The notes beneath the pieces were generated by a model. That model searched no databases and had not been told where the DNA came from. It saw only the letters and a list, made by a program, of their open reading frames with translations. Made by a program: the position numbers and the translations under genes. Of a stretch of 64,000 bases of DNA, positions 1 through 9,260 are shown in pieces; position 1 is the stretch's first letter, and each line of letters starts with the position of its first letter. The DNA is from Coprothermobacterota bacterium. Its GTDB lineage: Bacteria; Coprothermobacterota; Coprothermobacteria; Coprothermobacterales; Coprothermobacteraceae. Location: the NCBI GenBank assembly GCA_036679065.1, contig JAZIGN010000004.1, positions 64,001-128,000 of the forward strand. The letters run 5' to 3'.

Positions 1-76
1 AGCTATTGACGCTACAAAAAAGCCTTCACAGATAAGTAAGTTTTTGGAAAGCGTGATGTTGAGAAATGACTTATGA
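1..76 (+). CDS. adk: 3' end of probable adenylate kinase (partial)
   Basis: Frame from position 2 reads AIDATKKPSQISKFLESVMLRNDL* and overlaps the map start; assignment rests mainly on the conserved adk-map-infA order. Confidence 0.55.
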   Translation, partial: AIDATKKPSQISKFLESVMLRNDL

Positions 77-809
77 CAAGAATGCGTTAAAGCAGATGCG
101 CGAAGCAGGTATTCGTCTTACCGAGGTCATTCATAAGCTTAAGGAACAAGTGGTTCCGGGTGTAACGGGCGAGGAATTAGACGCCATAGCCGAAAAGTTA
201 ATACTGTCTTTGGATTCCATACCTTCATTTAAGGGCTATGGAGGTTTTCCTGCGTCCATATGTGTGTCTGTGGATGATGTGGTTATTCATGGCATACCCT
301 CAAAGAGGCCATTACTGCCTGGTCAGCTGGTTAGTATTGATCTGGGTTTGGTCTATGATGGTTGGAACAGTGATGCGGCCTTCACAGTGATTCTGCCACC
401 TGTACAGGAAAACAAGCAAAAGCTCTCTGATGTTACGTTGAAGGCTTTGCGAAGTGGTGTGACAGCCATAAAACCTGGAGTCCATTTAGGAGACGTCTCG
501 GCGCAAATACAGAAAGTGGCTCAAGAAGCTGGAGTGGGCATTGTCAGGGATTTTACTGGTCATGGCATTGGGCGGCACTTGCATGAGGACCCTCCAATTC
601 CCAATTTCGGTCGTCCTCATACTGGACCTGTGTTAAGGCCGTACATGTTTTTGGCAGTGGAGCCCATGTTTACAGAAGGGAACGGTTGTGTGGTCATTGA
701 AGCCGATGGGTGGACTGTGAGAACTTGTGACCACAGTAATGCGGCTCATTTTGAGTTTACTGTGGCAGTTACTGATAACGGTGCGGAGGTTTTAACGCCG
801 CATGTGTAG
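66..809 (+). CDS. map: Methionine aminopeptidase type I
   Basis: HGIP, D..D, GHGIG..LHEDP, EP and HFEFT motifs; operon position. Confidence 0.97.
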   Translation: MTYDKNALKQMREAGIRLTEVIHKLKEQVVPGVTGEELDAIAEKLILSLDSIPSFKGYGGFPASICVSVDDVVIHGIPSKRPLLPGQLVSIDLGLVYDGWNSDAAFTVILPPVQENKQKLSDVTLKALRSGVTAIKPGVHLGDVSAQIQKVAQEAGVGIVRDFTGHGIGRHLHEDPPIPNFGRPHTGPVLRPYMFLAVEPMFTEGNGCVVIEADGWTVRTCDHSNAAHFEFTVAVTDNGAEVLTPHV

Positions 810-1089
810 TGGTAACACTACCAGTAGTAACAGTGATAAGGTTGCACGTAACATTTCTGTGGGTGATGTGGTAAAATCTCTCAGCGGACGCACCAAAGGG
901 CGTTATTTTGTGGTAATTGCTGAGAATGACAGATATGTTTTCTTAAGCGATGGCGAAAAATGGACCATTGGTAAGTCCAAAAAGAAGAATAGAAAACACG
1001 TGGAAGGTGTAGGGTTAAAAGTGGAACGCATTTCTGATGAAGAAATAAAGCGTTTTTTGCGTGATTTATCACGCGGAGGGAATGATTAA
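802..1089 (+). CDS. KOW-domain (L14e-like) RNA-binding protein
   Basis: [16 protein letters not shown] motif and KKKNRKH; usual position between map and infA; true start may be downstream. Confidence 0.8.
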   Translation: MCSGNTTSSNSDKVARNISVGDVVKSLSGRTKGRYFVVIAENDRYVFLSDGEKWTIGKSKKKNRKHVEGVGLKVERISDEEIKRFLRDLSRGGND

Positions 1090-1310
1090 TGTCGTCTGGG
1101 AAAAAAGATGTCATAGAAGTTGAAGGGATCGTTTTAGAGAAGCTGCCTAATGCAACGTTCAGAGTGCAGCTCCCTGGTGGTAAGGTTATTACGGCTTACA
1201 CTTCTGGTAAAATGCGGATGAATTTCATCCGAATCTTGCCTGGTGACAAGGTTAAGGTAGAGATTTCTACTTACGATCCTGATCGTGGAAGAATAGTTTA
1301 CAGACTTTAG
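1089..1310 (+). CDS. infA: Translation initiation factor IF-1
   Basis: [29 protein letters not shown]. Confidence 0.98.
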   Translation: MSSGKKDVIEVEGIVLEKLPNATFRVQLPGGKVITAYTSGKMRMNFIRILPGDKVKVEISTYDPDRGRIVYRL

Positions 1311-1326
1311 AAGGAGTGATCTTGAG

Positions 1327-1440
1327 GTGAAAGTACGTCCGTCAGTAAAAAAGATTTGTGACAAATGCCAAATTGTCCGAAGGAAAGGCCGTGTGTATGT
1401 CATTTGCGAAAATCCAAAGCACAAGCAGAGACAAGGTTAG
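1327..1440 (+). CDS. rpmJ: 50S ribosomal protein L36 (Zn-binding form); not in ORF track
   Basis: GTG start; translates [37 protein letters not shown]. Confidence 0.98.
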   Translation: MKVRPSVKKICDKCQIVRRKGRVYVICENPKHKQRQG

Positions 1441-1453
1441 GAGGTGCAGTTAG

Positions 1454-1828
1454 GTGGCACGTATTGTTGGAGTTGAGTTGCCAGATAACAAAAGAATTCT
1501 GTTCGCACTACCGAGGATTTATGGCATAGGTAGGTCTACAGCAGAGGATATCTGTGAAGCCTTGGGAATTGATCCTATGCAGAAGCTTGGAGAATTAACG
1601 CCTGATCAGATTAACACGCTTCAGGATTACATCACTGCTCACTATAAAGTGGAAGGTGATTTAAGGCGTGAAGTGGCCATGAACATTAAAAGGCTCATGG
1701 ACATAAAGTGTTACCGTGGGATTAGGCATCAGAGAGGGCTTCCCGTAAGAGGCCAGCGCACAAGGCACAATGCCAGAACCAGAAAAGGTCCACGTAAAAC
1801 TGTGGGTGCGAAAAAAGGAAAGAGATAG
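1454..1828 (+). CDS. rpsM: 30S ribosomal protein S13
   Basis: [22 protein letters not shown]. Confidence 0.98.
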   Translation: MARIVGVELPDNKRILFALPRIYGIGRSTAEDICEALGIDPMQKLGELTPDQINTLQDYITAHYKVEGDLRREVAMNIKRLMDIKCYRGIRHQRGLPVRGQRTRHNARTRKGPRKTVGAKKGKR

Positions 1829-1858
1829 TCTTAAACCAATCGTGGAGGTGTTTTAAAA

Positions 1859-2236
1859 GTGGCTCAGAAAAAGAGGAAAGAACGCAGATATGTACCCTAT
1901 GGGGTTGCACACATTCATTCAACCTTTAACAATACAATAATAACTATCACTGATCCCAACGGTGCTGTTCTAGCTTGGGCTTCTGGAGGGTTTTTCTTCA
2001 AAGGAACAAGGAAAGGTACACCTTATGCTGCTCAGTTAGCATCAGAGAGTGTGGCAAAAAAAGTTCAACAAACTTACGGGATGAAAGAAATAGATGTTTT
2101 TGTAAAGGGACCGGGGCCAGGGCGAGAGACAGCCATAAGGGCTCTGCAAGCAGTTGGTTTGGATGTGAAATCCATAAAGGATGTAACTCCCATACCGCAC
2201 AATGGTTGCAGGCCTCCAAAGGCCCGCAGGGTATGA
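1859..2236 (+). CDS. rpsK: 30S ribosomal protein S11
   Basis: [26 protein letters not shown]. Confidence 0.98.
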   Translation: MAQKKRKERRYVPYGVAHIHSTFNNTIITITDPNGAVLAWASGGFFFKGTRKGTPYAAQLASESVAKKVQQTYGMKEIDVFVKGPGPGRETAIRALQAVGLDVKSIKDVTPIPHNGCRPPKARRV

Positions 2237-2258
2237 GAATGAGGAGGTAGAAAAGAAT

Positions 2259-2891
2259 ATGAAATATACTGGACCAAGTTGTAGGATATGCCGTAGATCT
2301 GGTGTAAAGCTTTTCCTGAAAGGTGAGAAGTGCTTAAGTCCAAAATGCCCCATGGAAAGAAGGGCTTTTCCGCCTGGACAGCATGGACCCACAAGGAGGG
2401 GCAGAAGAGATACTGAGTACGGTCTGCGTTTAAAGGAAAAGCAAAAACTAAGACACTCATACATGATCACAGAAACGCAGCTTCGCAGATACTTCTCAGC
2501 TGCCATGTCACAAAAAGGTGTAGCAACTGGTACAGCCCTTTTACAGCTTCTTGAACGCCGTTTGGATGCGGTGGTTCAGCGTATGGGGTTCGCTAGCAGC
2601 ATTAGAATGGCACGCAACTGGGTTAGACATGGCCATGTCATGGTGAACGGTAAAAGGGTAGATATTCCCTCTTACTTGGTAAAACCCGGTGACAGAATAA
2701 CATTAGACAAAGATCTCAAGGATAACCCTGATGTGCAGAAGAGCATAGCCATGAACGAAGGCCGTCCCAATTTGGAATGGCTGAGCGTGGATGTAGAAAA
2801 CCTTGAAGGAGTTTACCTAAGAGTGCCTGCCCGAGAGGAAATACCAGTTGCTGTCAATGAACAGCTCATCGTCGAATACTATTCGAGATAA
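2259..2891 (+). CDS. rpsD: 30S ribosomal protein S4 (Zn-binding form)
   Basis: MKYTGPSCRICRR, PGQHG, LERRLD, IVEYYSR; ATG at 2259 follows GAGGAGG. Confidence 0.98.
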   Translation: MKYTGPSCRICRRSGVKLFLKGEKCLSPKCPMERRAFPPGQHGPTRRGRRDTEYGLRLKEKQKLRHSYMITETQLRRYFSAAMSQKGVATGTALLQLLERRLDAVVQRMGFASSIRMARNWVRHGHVMVNGKRVDIPSYLVKPGDRITLDKDLKDNPDVQKSIAMNEGRPNLEWLSVDVENLEGVYLRVPAREEIPVAVNEQLIVEYYSR

Positions 2892-2908
2892 GGCTTGGTG
2901 AAGTCATA

Positions 2909-3868
2909 ATGGAAAAGGTTTTCGGAATCGCAGATTTGGGCAGAAGTGTTGACAGGGAGACTGGCGAAGTCCAGCGCTCTGCAAAACTGTCAGCGCTAAA
3001 TCTGCCTGAGGGCGAAGGAATCACCTTAGGTAATGCGTTAAGGCGAGTGTTGCTGGGTCAAATTGGCGGCACGGGTGTTCTGGGGTTCAGGCTTGAGGGT
3101 TTGGATCATGAATTCATGGTGCTCGATGGTGTAGTAGAAGACGGTTTGACCATTGGCCTTAACTTGAAGAAGGTGCTACTTAGGTACTATGGAGAGGGAG
3201 TAAAGGTCCTCTACATCAAGGCGAAAGGACCAGCTGAGATTAAGGCTGGAGACATTGTACCCGATGCTGACGTTGAGATTTTTAATCCTGATCAGACCAT
3301 TCTAACGGTAGCTACCGATCGTGAGATTTACATGGAGATTTACGTGACTAATGGAGTCGGTTACAGGACAGTAGAGGACAACAAGAAACTTTATCAGTTC
3401 CCCTTTAGAACTATTTACCTGGATACCTCTTTTTCTCCTGTTAGGCGTGCTGAGTACCATGTGACGCCTGCCATTGTAGATGAACCTGGCACTTTTGAGA
3501 GTTTGGAGCTCATAGTTTACACGAATTTGGCTGTTGATCCGGTGGAAGTGATAAGACAAGCTGCGGATTTCCTAAGTGAGGAGTTTAAGAATGTGGCAGA
3601 ATCAAAAGAAGCGGTAGCTGCTGAAGAGGTACCAGAAGAGCAGACGGTCTCCGATGAAAAGCTTGATGCAAGTGTTGAAATGCTGAATCTCTCAAGGGCT
3701 GTGCTCACTCACCTAGAAAAAGCAAACATTAATTCCATAAGGGATTTGGTAGATGTATTGGAGCGTAACGAGTCCATTCCTGGCATTGGTGCCGTCAGAT
3801 TAGAAGAGATAAGGAATAAATTGGCTGCTTATTTGGAAGGAGGTACTGAGGATGAAACACAGAGTTGA
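2909..3868 (+). CDS. rpoA: RNA polymerase alpha subunit
   Basis: TLGNALRRVLL, HEF..GVVED, FSPV, C-terminal alpha-CTD; between rpsD and rplQ. Confidence 0.95.
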   Translation: MEKVFGIADLGRSVDRETGEVQRSAKLSALNLPEGEGITLGNALRRVLLGQIGGTGVLGFRLEGLDHEFMVLDGVVEDGLTIGLNLKKVLLRYYGEGVKVLYIKAKGPAEIKAGDIVPDADVEIFNPDQTILTVATDREIYMEIYVTNGVGYRTVEDNKKLYQFPFRTIYLDTSFSPVRRAEYHVTPAIVDEPGTFESLELIVYTNLAVDPVEVIRQAADFLSEEFKNVAESKEAVAAEEVPEEQTVSDEKLDASVEMLNLSRAVLTHLEKANINSIRDLVDVLERNESIPGIGAVRLEEIRNKLAAYLEGGTEDETQS

Positions 3869-4205
3869 TGGCCGCAAATTAGGACGAAAAACTGAAGCCA
3901 GAATAGCCTTATTGAGAACGCTTTCAAAACAGCTTGTCATACATGGCGAAGTTGAGACAACGCTTCCAAAAGCCAAGGAGCTCAAAAGATTCGCTGATAA
4001 GTTGGTAACTCATGCGAAAAGCAAAGAATTGTATGACATACGATTAGTGGAAAAGCATTTGGGTGACCGTGAACTAGTTAAGAAACTTACCGATGAAATT
4101 GCTCCGCGTTTTGCTGATGTTAGCGGCGGCTACACCACAGTTCTCAAGACGGGGTTTAGAAAAGGTGACGGTGCTCCCACAGCCATAGTGCGCTGGAGCA
4201 AATGA
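3852..4205 (+). CDS. rplQ: 50S ribosomal protein L17
   Basis: MKHR..GRKLGR, TTLPKAKE, GGYT, RKGDGA. Confidence 0.97.
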   Translation: MKHRVDGRKLGRKTEARIALLRTLSKQLVIHGEVETTLPKAKELKRFADKLVTHAKSKELYDIRLVEKHLGDRELVKKLTDEIAPRFADVSGGYTTVLKTGFRKGDGAPTAIVRWSK

Positions 4206-5017
4206 TAGAGGTTCAGGAGGTATCTTACGGACTGGAGGGGAGGTCCATTCTCCAGTCCGTTTCCATGAATATATGCCCTGGCCACTTTACCGTTCTCATG
4301 GGTGGTAACGGTGCTGGTAAGACCACGCTGGCAAAAATAATCAAGGGGCTACTCGTACCTACTTCGGGAAAAGTGCTCATGGATGGGATTGAGATGGTTG
4401 CTGCCGGCAGGGATTACCAGATCAAGGTCGGTATTGTTTTCCAGAATCCAGAAAACCAAATTGTGGCATCAGTAGTTGAGGAAGATGTGGCTTTCGGTCC
4501 AGAGAACCTGGGCCTAAAACCCACTGAAATAAGAGAAAGAGTAGAAAGCAGTTTAAAAACAGTTGGCTTGTGGGACTTAAGGCACAGGCCTGTTCATGCT
4601 CTTAGTGGAGGTCAAAAACAACGTTTAGCCATTGCTGGTATACTCGCTCTCAGGCCTTCCTACATACTTTTTGATGAGGCCACGGCTCTTCTGGACCCCG
4701 TGGGAAGAAGAGAAGTGTTAGAAACAGCAATTAGTTTAGCAAATTCTGTTGGTGTACTGTGGATAACACACGATTTACGTGAAGCTCTGCAGGCTGATAT
4801 GCTGTATGCACTTTGCCAAGGTAGAGTCGTTTTCCAGGGGTCTGTGCAGGAATTCATTACCAACCCTGAAGCCATGGATTTGGCCAATGCAACCATACCT
4901 GAAGAAGTGATATTGGCAGAAATGCTTTCTAAGAGAGGAGCTCATGTGGATTGGCCATTAAACAAAGAGAACCTAATGAAAGCGATTACGTCGTTGAACT
5001 TGAAGACGTTTCATTAA
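4202..5017 (+). CDS. ecfA1: ECF transporter ATPase A1
   Basis: GGNGAGKT, FQNPENQ, LSGGQKQR, DE; follows rplQ. Confidence 0.93.
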   Translation: MIEVQEVSYGLEGRSILQSVSMNICPGHFTVLMGGNGAGKTTLAKIIKGLLVPTSGKVLMDGIEMVAAGRDYQIKVGIVFQNPENQIVASVVEEDVAFGPENLGLKPTEIRERVESSLKTVGLWDLRHRPVHALSGGQKQRLAIAGILALRPSYILFDEATALLDPVGRREVLETAISLANSVGVLWITHDLREALQADMLYALCQGRVVFQGSVQEFITNPEAMDLANATIPEEVILAEMLSKRGAHVDWPLNKENLMKAITSLNLKTFH

Positions 5018-5814
5018 GTTACGATTACGGTACACCCTGGCAAGTGGATGCTGTTAAACCACTTTCCTTAAGAATTGCCAAGGGCGAATGGATTGCTTTA
5101 GTTGGTCATACTGGGTCTGGTAAGAGCTCTCTTGCCCAGCTCATGGCAGGGCTCACATCTCCAACCAGAGGAATAGTGAAGCATTTTGGAAGAGTTTGGA
5201 ATTACCCTAAGGATTTACCCATAGAAATAAGGCGCCGGATTGGTTTCTTGTTTCAGTTCCCAGAACATCAATTCTTTGCCGAAACAGTATTTGACGAGGT
5301 GGCTTTTGCCGCCAAGAATTTTGGACTGGACAATGTCCAGGACAGGGTTAGAGAATCGTTGGAGGTTGCTGGTTTGAGCTTCGACCAGTTCAAAGACAGG
5401 TCCCCCTTTACACTATCCGGCGGCGAAAAAAGAAAAGTTGCCCTGGCTTCGGTCATGGTTTGTGATCCCGAGGTGCTCATTCTTGATGAACCATCCGCTG
5501 GACTAGATGGAGCTTCAAAGAAAGCTTTCTGGGACTGGCTTCGAGATTACAGTAAGGAAGAAAGAACAGTCGTCTTTATTACTCATTCTCTGGAAGAAGC
5601 TGTGACGGCCGAAAGAGTGTTGGTGCTTTCAAATGGAGCATTACTTTTTGCCGACAGTCCCCAGGAAGTATTCTCTCACGTTAACACACTAAGACGGGTT
5701 GGCTTGGAACCTCCCATAGCTGCGGAAATCTCTTATGAGCTTCGTAAGAGGACAAGTTTCCCCATGGCTTTAACGGTGGAAGAATTGGTTAGTGCTTTGG
5801 ATGGTGATCTTTAA
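4951..5814 (+). CDS. ecfA2: ECF transporter ATPase A2
   Basis: GHTGSGKS, FQFPEHQ, SPFTLSGGEKR. Confidence 0.93.
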   Translation: MAIKQREPNESDYVVELEDVSLSYDYGTPWQVDAVKPLSLRIAKGEWIALVGHTGSGKSSLAQLMAGLTSPTRGIVKHFGRVWNYPKDLPIEIRRRIGFLFQFPEHQFFAETVFDEVAFAAKNFGLDNVQDRVRESLEVAGLSFDQFKDRSPFTLSGGEKRKVALASVMVCDPEVLILDEPSAGLDGASKKAFWDWLRDYSKEERTVVFITHSLEEAVTAERVLVLSNGALLFADSPQEVFSHVNTLRRVGLEPPIAAEISYELRKRTSFPMALTVEELVSALDGDL

Positions 5815-6630
5815 GTGGCTTTCAAGGATGTTGTGGTAGTTGGCCAGTACATTCCTACTGACAGCGTGCTTCATAAAGCACTGGCGGAATCGAAGATTGT
5901 GATGACGTTATTTCTGATTATTGGAGCCTTCATTTCTCAGTCATTCGCGGTCTTAGCTGTACTCTTTGGTGCCCTGGTCCTACTAATGTTGGTGTCCAAC
6001 GTGCCTCTAAGGTTTTACGCTAAGAGTGCTAAGACTGTTCTCATTCTCGCTTTGTTTACTTTTGTGTTCAATGCACTTCTTACAGGGCAAGAGGTTCTCT
6101 TCCGGCTGGGGCCCATTGCTTTTAAGACTGAAGGGGTCATCGTTGGTGTTTTTTTTGGGTTGAGGTTATTCTTCCTCATATTTGTATCCACGGTTCTCAC
6201 TGCGACCACATCTCCCGTGGATCTTGCTGATGGTCTAAACAATTTGTTAAGGCCTTTGGAAGTTCTAAAAGTGCCTGTTGAAGAATTCTCGTTGATTATG
6301 ACCATTGCTCTGCGCTTCATTCCCGTTTTAGCTGATGAAGCAGATCGCATACTTAAGGCTCAAAAGGCTAGGGGGCTTAGTTTAAGCGGAAGCATACTGC
6401 AAAGGGTTGAGAAGCTAGTCCCCATAGTCATACCTTTGTTTGTAAGCGCCTTCATGAAAGCAGAGGATTTGGCGGTGGCCATGGAAGTTAGGGGCTATCT
6501 GCCCGGGGTGAAGAGAACGAAATACAAGGTTACTAAGTTTGAAGGCGTGGACGTAATGGTGTTTGCTTTCACTGCCGTTGTGTTTGTGGCAAGTTACTTA
6601 CTTAGGGGCCGATGGGTACTTACATGGTGA
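5815..6630 (+). CDS. ecfT: ECF transporter transmembrane component T
   Basis: Hydrophobic; ALRFIP, AQKARG and AMEVRG coupling motifs. Confidence 0.93.
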   Translation: MAFKDVVVVGQYIPTDSVLHKALAESKIVMTLFLIIGAFISQSFAVLAVLFGALVLLMLVSNVPLRFYAKSAKTVLILALFTFVFNALLTGQEVLFRLGPIAFKTEGVIVGVFFGLRLFFLIFVSTVLTATTSPVDLADGLNNLLRPLEVLKVPVEEFSLIMTIALRFIPVLADEADRILKAQKARGLSLSGSILQRVEKLVPIVIPLFVSAFMKAEDLAVAMEVRGYLPGVKRTKYKVTKFEGVDVMVFAFTAVVFVASYLLRGRWVLTW

Positions 6631-7415
6631 AGTATGCTGGTTTACTTCAGTACAAAGGAACAAATTATGCAGGGTTTCAGAGACAGAGGAACGGTACAGC
6701 GGTCCAAAATGTGCTGGAATCCGCATTGAGCCAGATTAACAATAGACCCACAGTTGTGCGCTACTCTGGTAGAACAGATGCGGGTGTCCACGCTTGGGGC
6801 ATGCCGTTTGCTTTTTGGGGTAGGGAGGATCTTTCAGAAAAAAAGTGGATGTTCATCTTGAACCGTATGCTGCCGGCTGACATGCGCGTTCTTTCGCTGG
6901 TAAAGACTTCATCCGACTTCGACCCACAGCGCGACGCCGTAGCAAAACAGTATTTGTACTGTGCCACATTGGGAAGATTGGGTCCTGTGTGGGATGATTT
7001 CTTCGCCTATTTGCCCCATTTGCCTCTTGATAGGCACGCGGTCATGGATGGGGCAAAGAAACTTGTAGGAGAACACGATTTCAGAGGGTTCTCCAAGACT
7101 GGATCATCTGTTAAGAGCACTAAGCGCAGGCTACATGAGGTAAGTGTCATGTTCACAAAGGCGCGGGTTTATTTTTCTTTTGTCGGAGATGGTTTTCTCT
7201 ATGGTATGGTCAGACTTCTGGTGGGTAGTTTATTGCAGATCGGTTGGGGTAAGAAGAATCCAAGTTTCATTGAAGAAGTTCTAAACGGAAATGCGCTGGC
7301 GAATTATTCTGTGCCTGCCCAAGGTTTGCATTTGGTAAAAGTATGGTTAGAACCGGATCCCTTTTTAGAAAGTATCAAAGCTGACGAAGGTGATCTTAGT
7401 CAGTACTTCTTTTAA
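6612..7415 (+). CDS. truA: tRNA pseudouridine(38-40) synthase
   Basis: GFQRQ, SGRTDAGVHA, GEHDF, FLYGMVR. Confidence 0.96.
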   Translation: MGTYMVKYAGLLQYKGTNYAGFQRQRNGTAVQNVLESALSQINNRPTVVRYSGRTDAGVHAWGMPFAFWGREDLSEKKWMFILNRMLPADMRVLSLVKTSSDFDPQRDAVAKQYLYCATLGRLGPVWDDFFAYLPHLPLDRHAVMDGAKKLVGEHDFRGFSKTGSSVKSTKRRLHEVSVMFTKARVYFSFVGDGFLYGMVRLLVGSLLQIGWGKKNPSFIEEVLNGNALANYSVPAQGLHLVKVWLEPDPFLESIKADEGDLSQYFF

Positions 7416-9260
7416 TACGTCCTTCGGTGACTTTTCTGATATTAGGAAGTACCTGTATGTTTTCTTTCTTGAATAGTACACAGGACCCCACACGGTAACA
7501 TCCTCAAAGAAAGTAAGCTTTTCTTCATTGCTTTCGAGTTCAATGTAATGGCCGAATGGAGGAAGTCCCATCTGCCTAATGCTGTCCGTTACTACGTTCT
7601 CACCTTTGTCTATGAGGGTGGCTATGCGTTCCTCGTCACGAGAGAGGACAAATACGCAGCCGTCTGTTTTTGTCCACAGGCTCAAGTAGTAAATGTTCCT
7701 CAAGAACTTCTTATCAGGGATGAGGACCGGTGTGGACAAGTCGGCGTCAGCAGAGACATAGTACGATTCATCGAAGGTTGCCGTAGGTAAATAACGGAAA
7801 ACCTTTGTGGTACTGATCACCGTATTGTCGTTAAGGTTCTTCACAGACTTCAAAGCTTCTTTTTCCAGCTGAAGCTCCACCCGTTCTATGCCCAAACCAC
7901 TGGGTTCCAAACTCAAGCTATCGCATCGGGGGCATTTGTCAGGGATGCCGGCAATATAACCGCACCTATGGCATTCCAGCCGCTTGCTCCTCCGGTGGTA
8001 TCGAAGCGGAGTCCCACACTCAGGACAAGTTACTACGTATCCGCAGTTTTTGCATTCCAATGATGTTGAGAACCCCAATCTATTCACTAGGAACAATTGC
8101 TTCTTTGTAGGATCATGTACGCCTTTTAGATATGCTAGTACTCCCACATCTTTCCTACCTGCCATGCTTACTAACTGCACATTTGTCACTGGCTGTGGGC
8201 AAACGGTATGAACTTCAGTTGTTTCAGGTATGAACTTGGTAAGCGGTAGTCTTTGGCTGGCAGTTCTTATGGCTAACTCGTCGGGCTCTTCGAATACTGT
8301 TATTATGTGCATTAGATGATTCCAGGGTCTTAAAACTGACCTGGGGGTACCTACTATTAATCCACCACCTTTTGAGCAGCAAGCTTCTTGCAAAAACTTT
8401 GTGTAACCACCTGAATCCAAGATAGCCGGTAGCTTATGCTTAATCAGTTCCTTTGCGAATGCACGTGCCATTTGCAAGGTTGGAAAAATCAGCAAAGTTT
8501 TTTCGCCTTTTTCCAACAAGTTTCTTAAGTAGAGTGGAAGTTCCTCCAAGGTCTTTGGTAGTTCTTCTTTCCTGGGCAGGTTTTTATCCACTGGGAGCTT
8601 CATGCTGCTCAACAAATGAAGTTCCAAAACCAAAGCATCTTCTTCTTTTAGCTTCTCCACTGTCCAGGGCCCGAGAAGCTTTTTCCAGAAAAGAAGTGGC
8701 AGTGGTCGATGAGCGAATTTTTCGTAGATATGGTTTGGTACCAATAACGAGGGTCTTTCCAATCGTGCGTAAGCTAATGCATAGCTTGTGGGAGGTATGA
8801 CCACCTTCTCAACGATGCCTAACGAGAGAAAGTTTTCAATTTGCACCTTGTACTTTCGAAGAACACCTCTTGTTAGCTCCAATGGTTTTTCCCTGAGTAA
8901 TCTTACAAGTTCTTTTTCTTTAGTACCAGCGGGCACGTAGTTAAAGGCTCTTAGCTGAATAAATGTGCGAGGGTTTTGTCTCCAGTTCTTTCCGAGCTCC
9001 AAGAGTTCATAGCAGTTTACGGGGTATTCCTCTAAAACTTGCAAGCACTGACGAACAAGCCAGTTGGGGACATAATTTGGTTCAACAACCTCGAGGGTGT
9101 TGTGAGAGGAATTCTCAGTTTCCTTGAGTACAATGCCTTTTATCTTTCTTCCGTAAAAACTGACTTTTACTAAATCACCCAGAGATGCCTCCCCTTCCGC
9201 AGTAACAAGGGAGGCATCTCCAAAAAGCCTATTGTTAAGGGCAACTAACCATTTGTGCAT
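7365..9260 (-). CDS. priA: Primosomal protein N' (PriA), helicase motifs degenerate
   Basis: NRLGF followed by four CxxC pairs (Zn region), GIER, LPPF; downstream of metK as usual. Confidence 0.85.
   Translation of the reverse strand: MHKWLVALNNRLFGDASLVTAEGEASLGDLVKVSFYGRKIKGIVLKETENSSHNTLEVVEPNYVPNWLVRQCLQVLEEYPVNCYELLELGKNWRQNPRTFIQLRAFNYVPAGTKEKELVRLLREKPLELTRGVLRKYKVQIENFLSLGIVEKVVIPPTSYALAYARLERPSLLVPNHIYEKFAHRPLPLLFWKKLLGPWTVEKLKEEDALVLELHLLSSMKLPVDKNLPRKEELPKTLEELPLYLRNLLEKGEKTLLIFPTLQMARAFAKELIKHKLPAILDSGGYTKFLQEACCSKGGGLIVGTPRSVLRPWNHLMHIITVFEEPDELAIRTASQRLPLTKFIPETTEVHTVCPQPVTNVQLVSMAGRKDVGVLAYLKGVHDPTKKQLFLVNRLGFSTSLECKNCGYVVTCPECGTPLRYHRRSKRLECHRCGYIAGIPDKCPRCDSLSLEPSGLGIERVELQLEKEALKSVKNLNDNTVISTTKVFRYLPTATFDESYYVSADADLSTPVLIPDKKFLRNIYYLSLWTKTDGCVFVLSRDEERIATLIDKGENVVTDSIRQMGLPPFGHYIELESNEEKLTFFEDVTVWGPVYYSRKKTYRYFLISEKSPKDVLKEVLTKITFVSFDTF

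Noticed and set aside
806..821. GTAGTG-GTAA-CACTAC GNRA hairpin on the map stop codon
   Set aside because: Only a 6-bp stem with no U-tract; cannot be distinguished from chance
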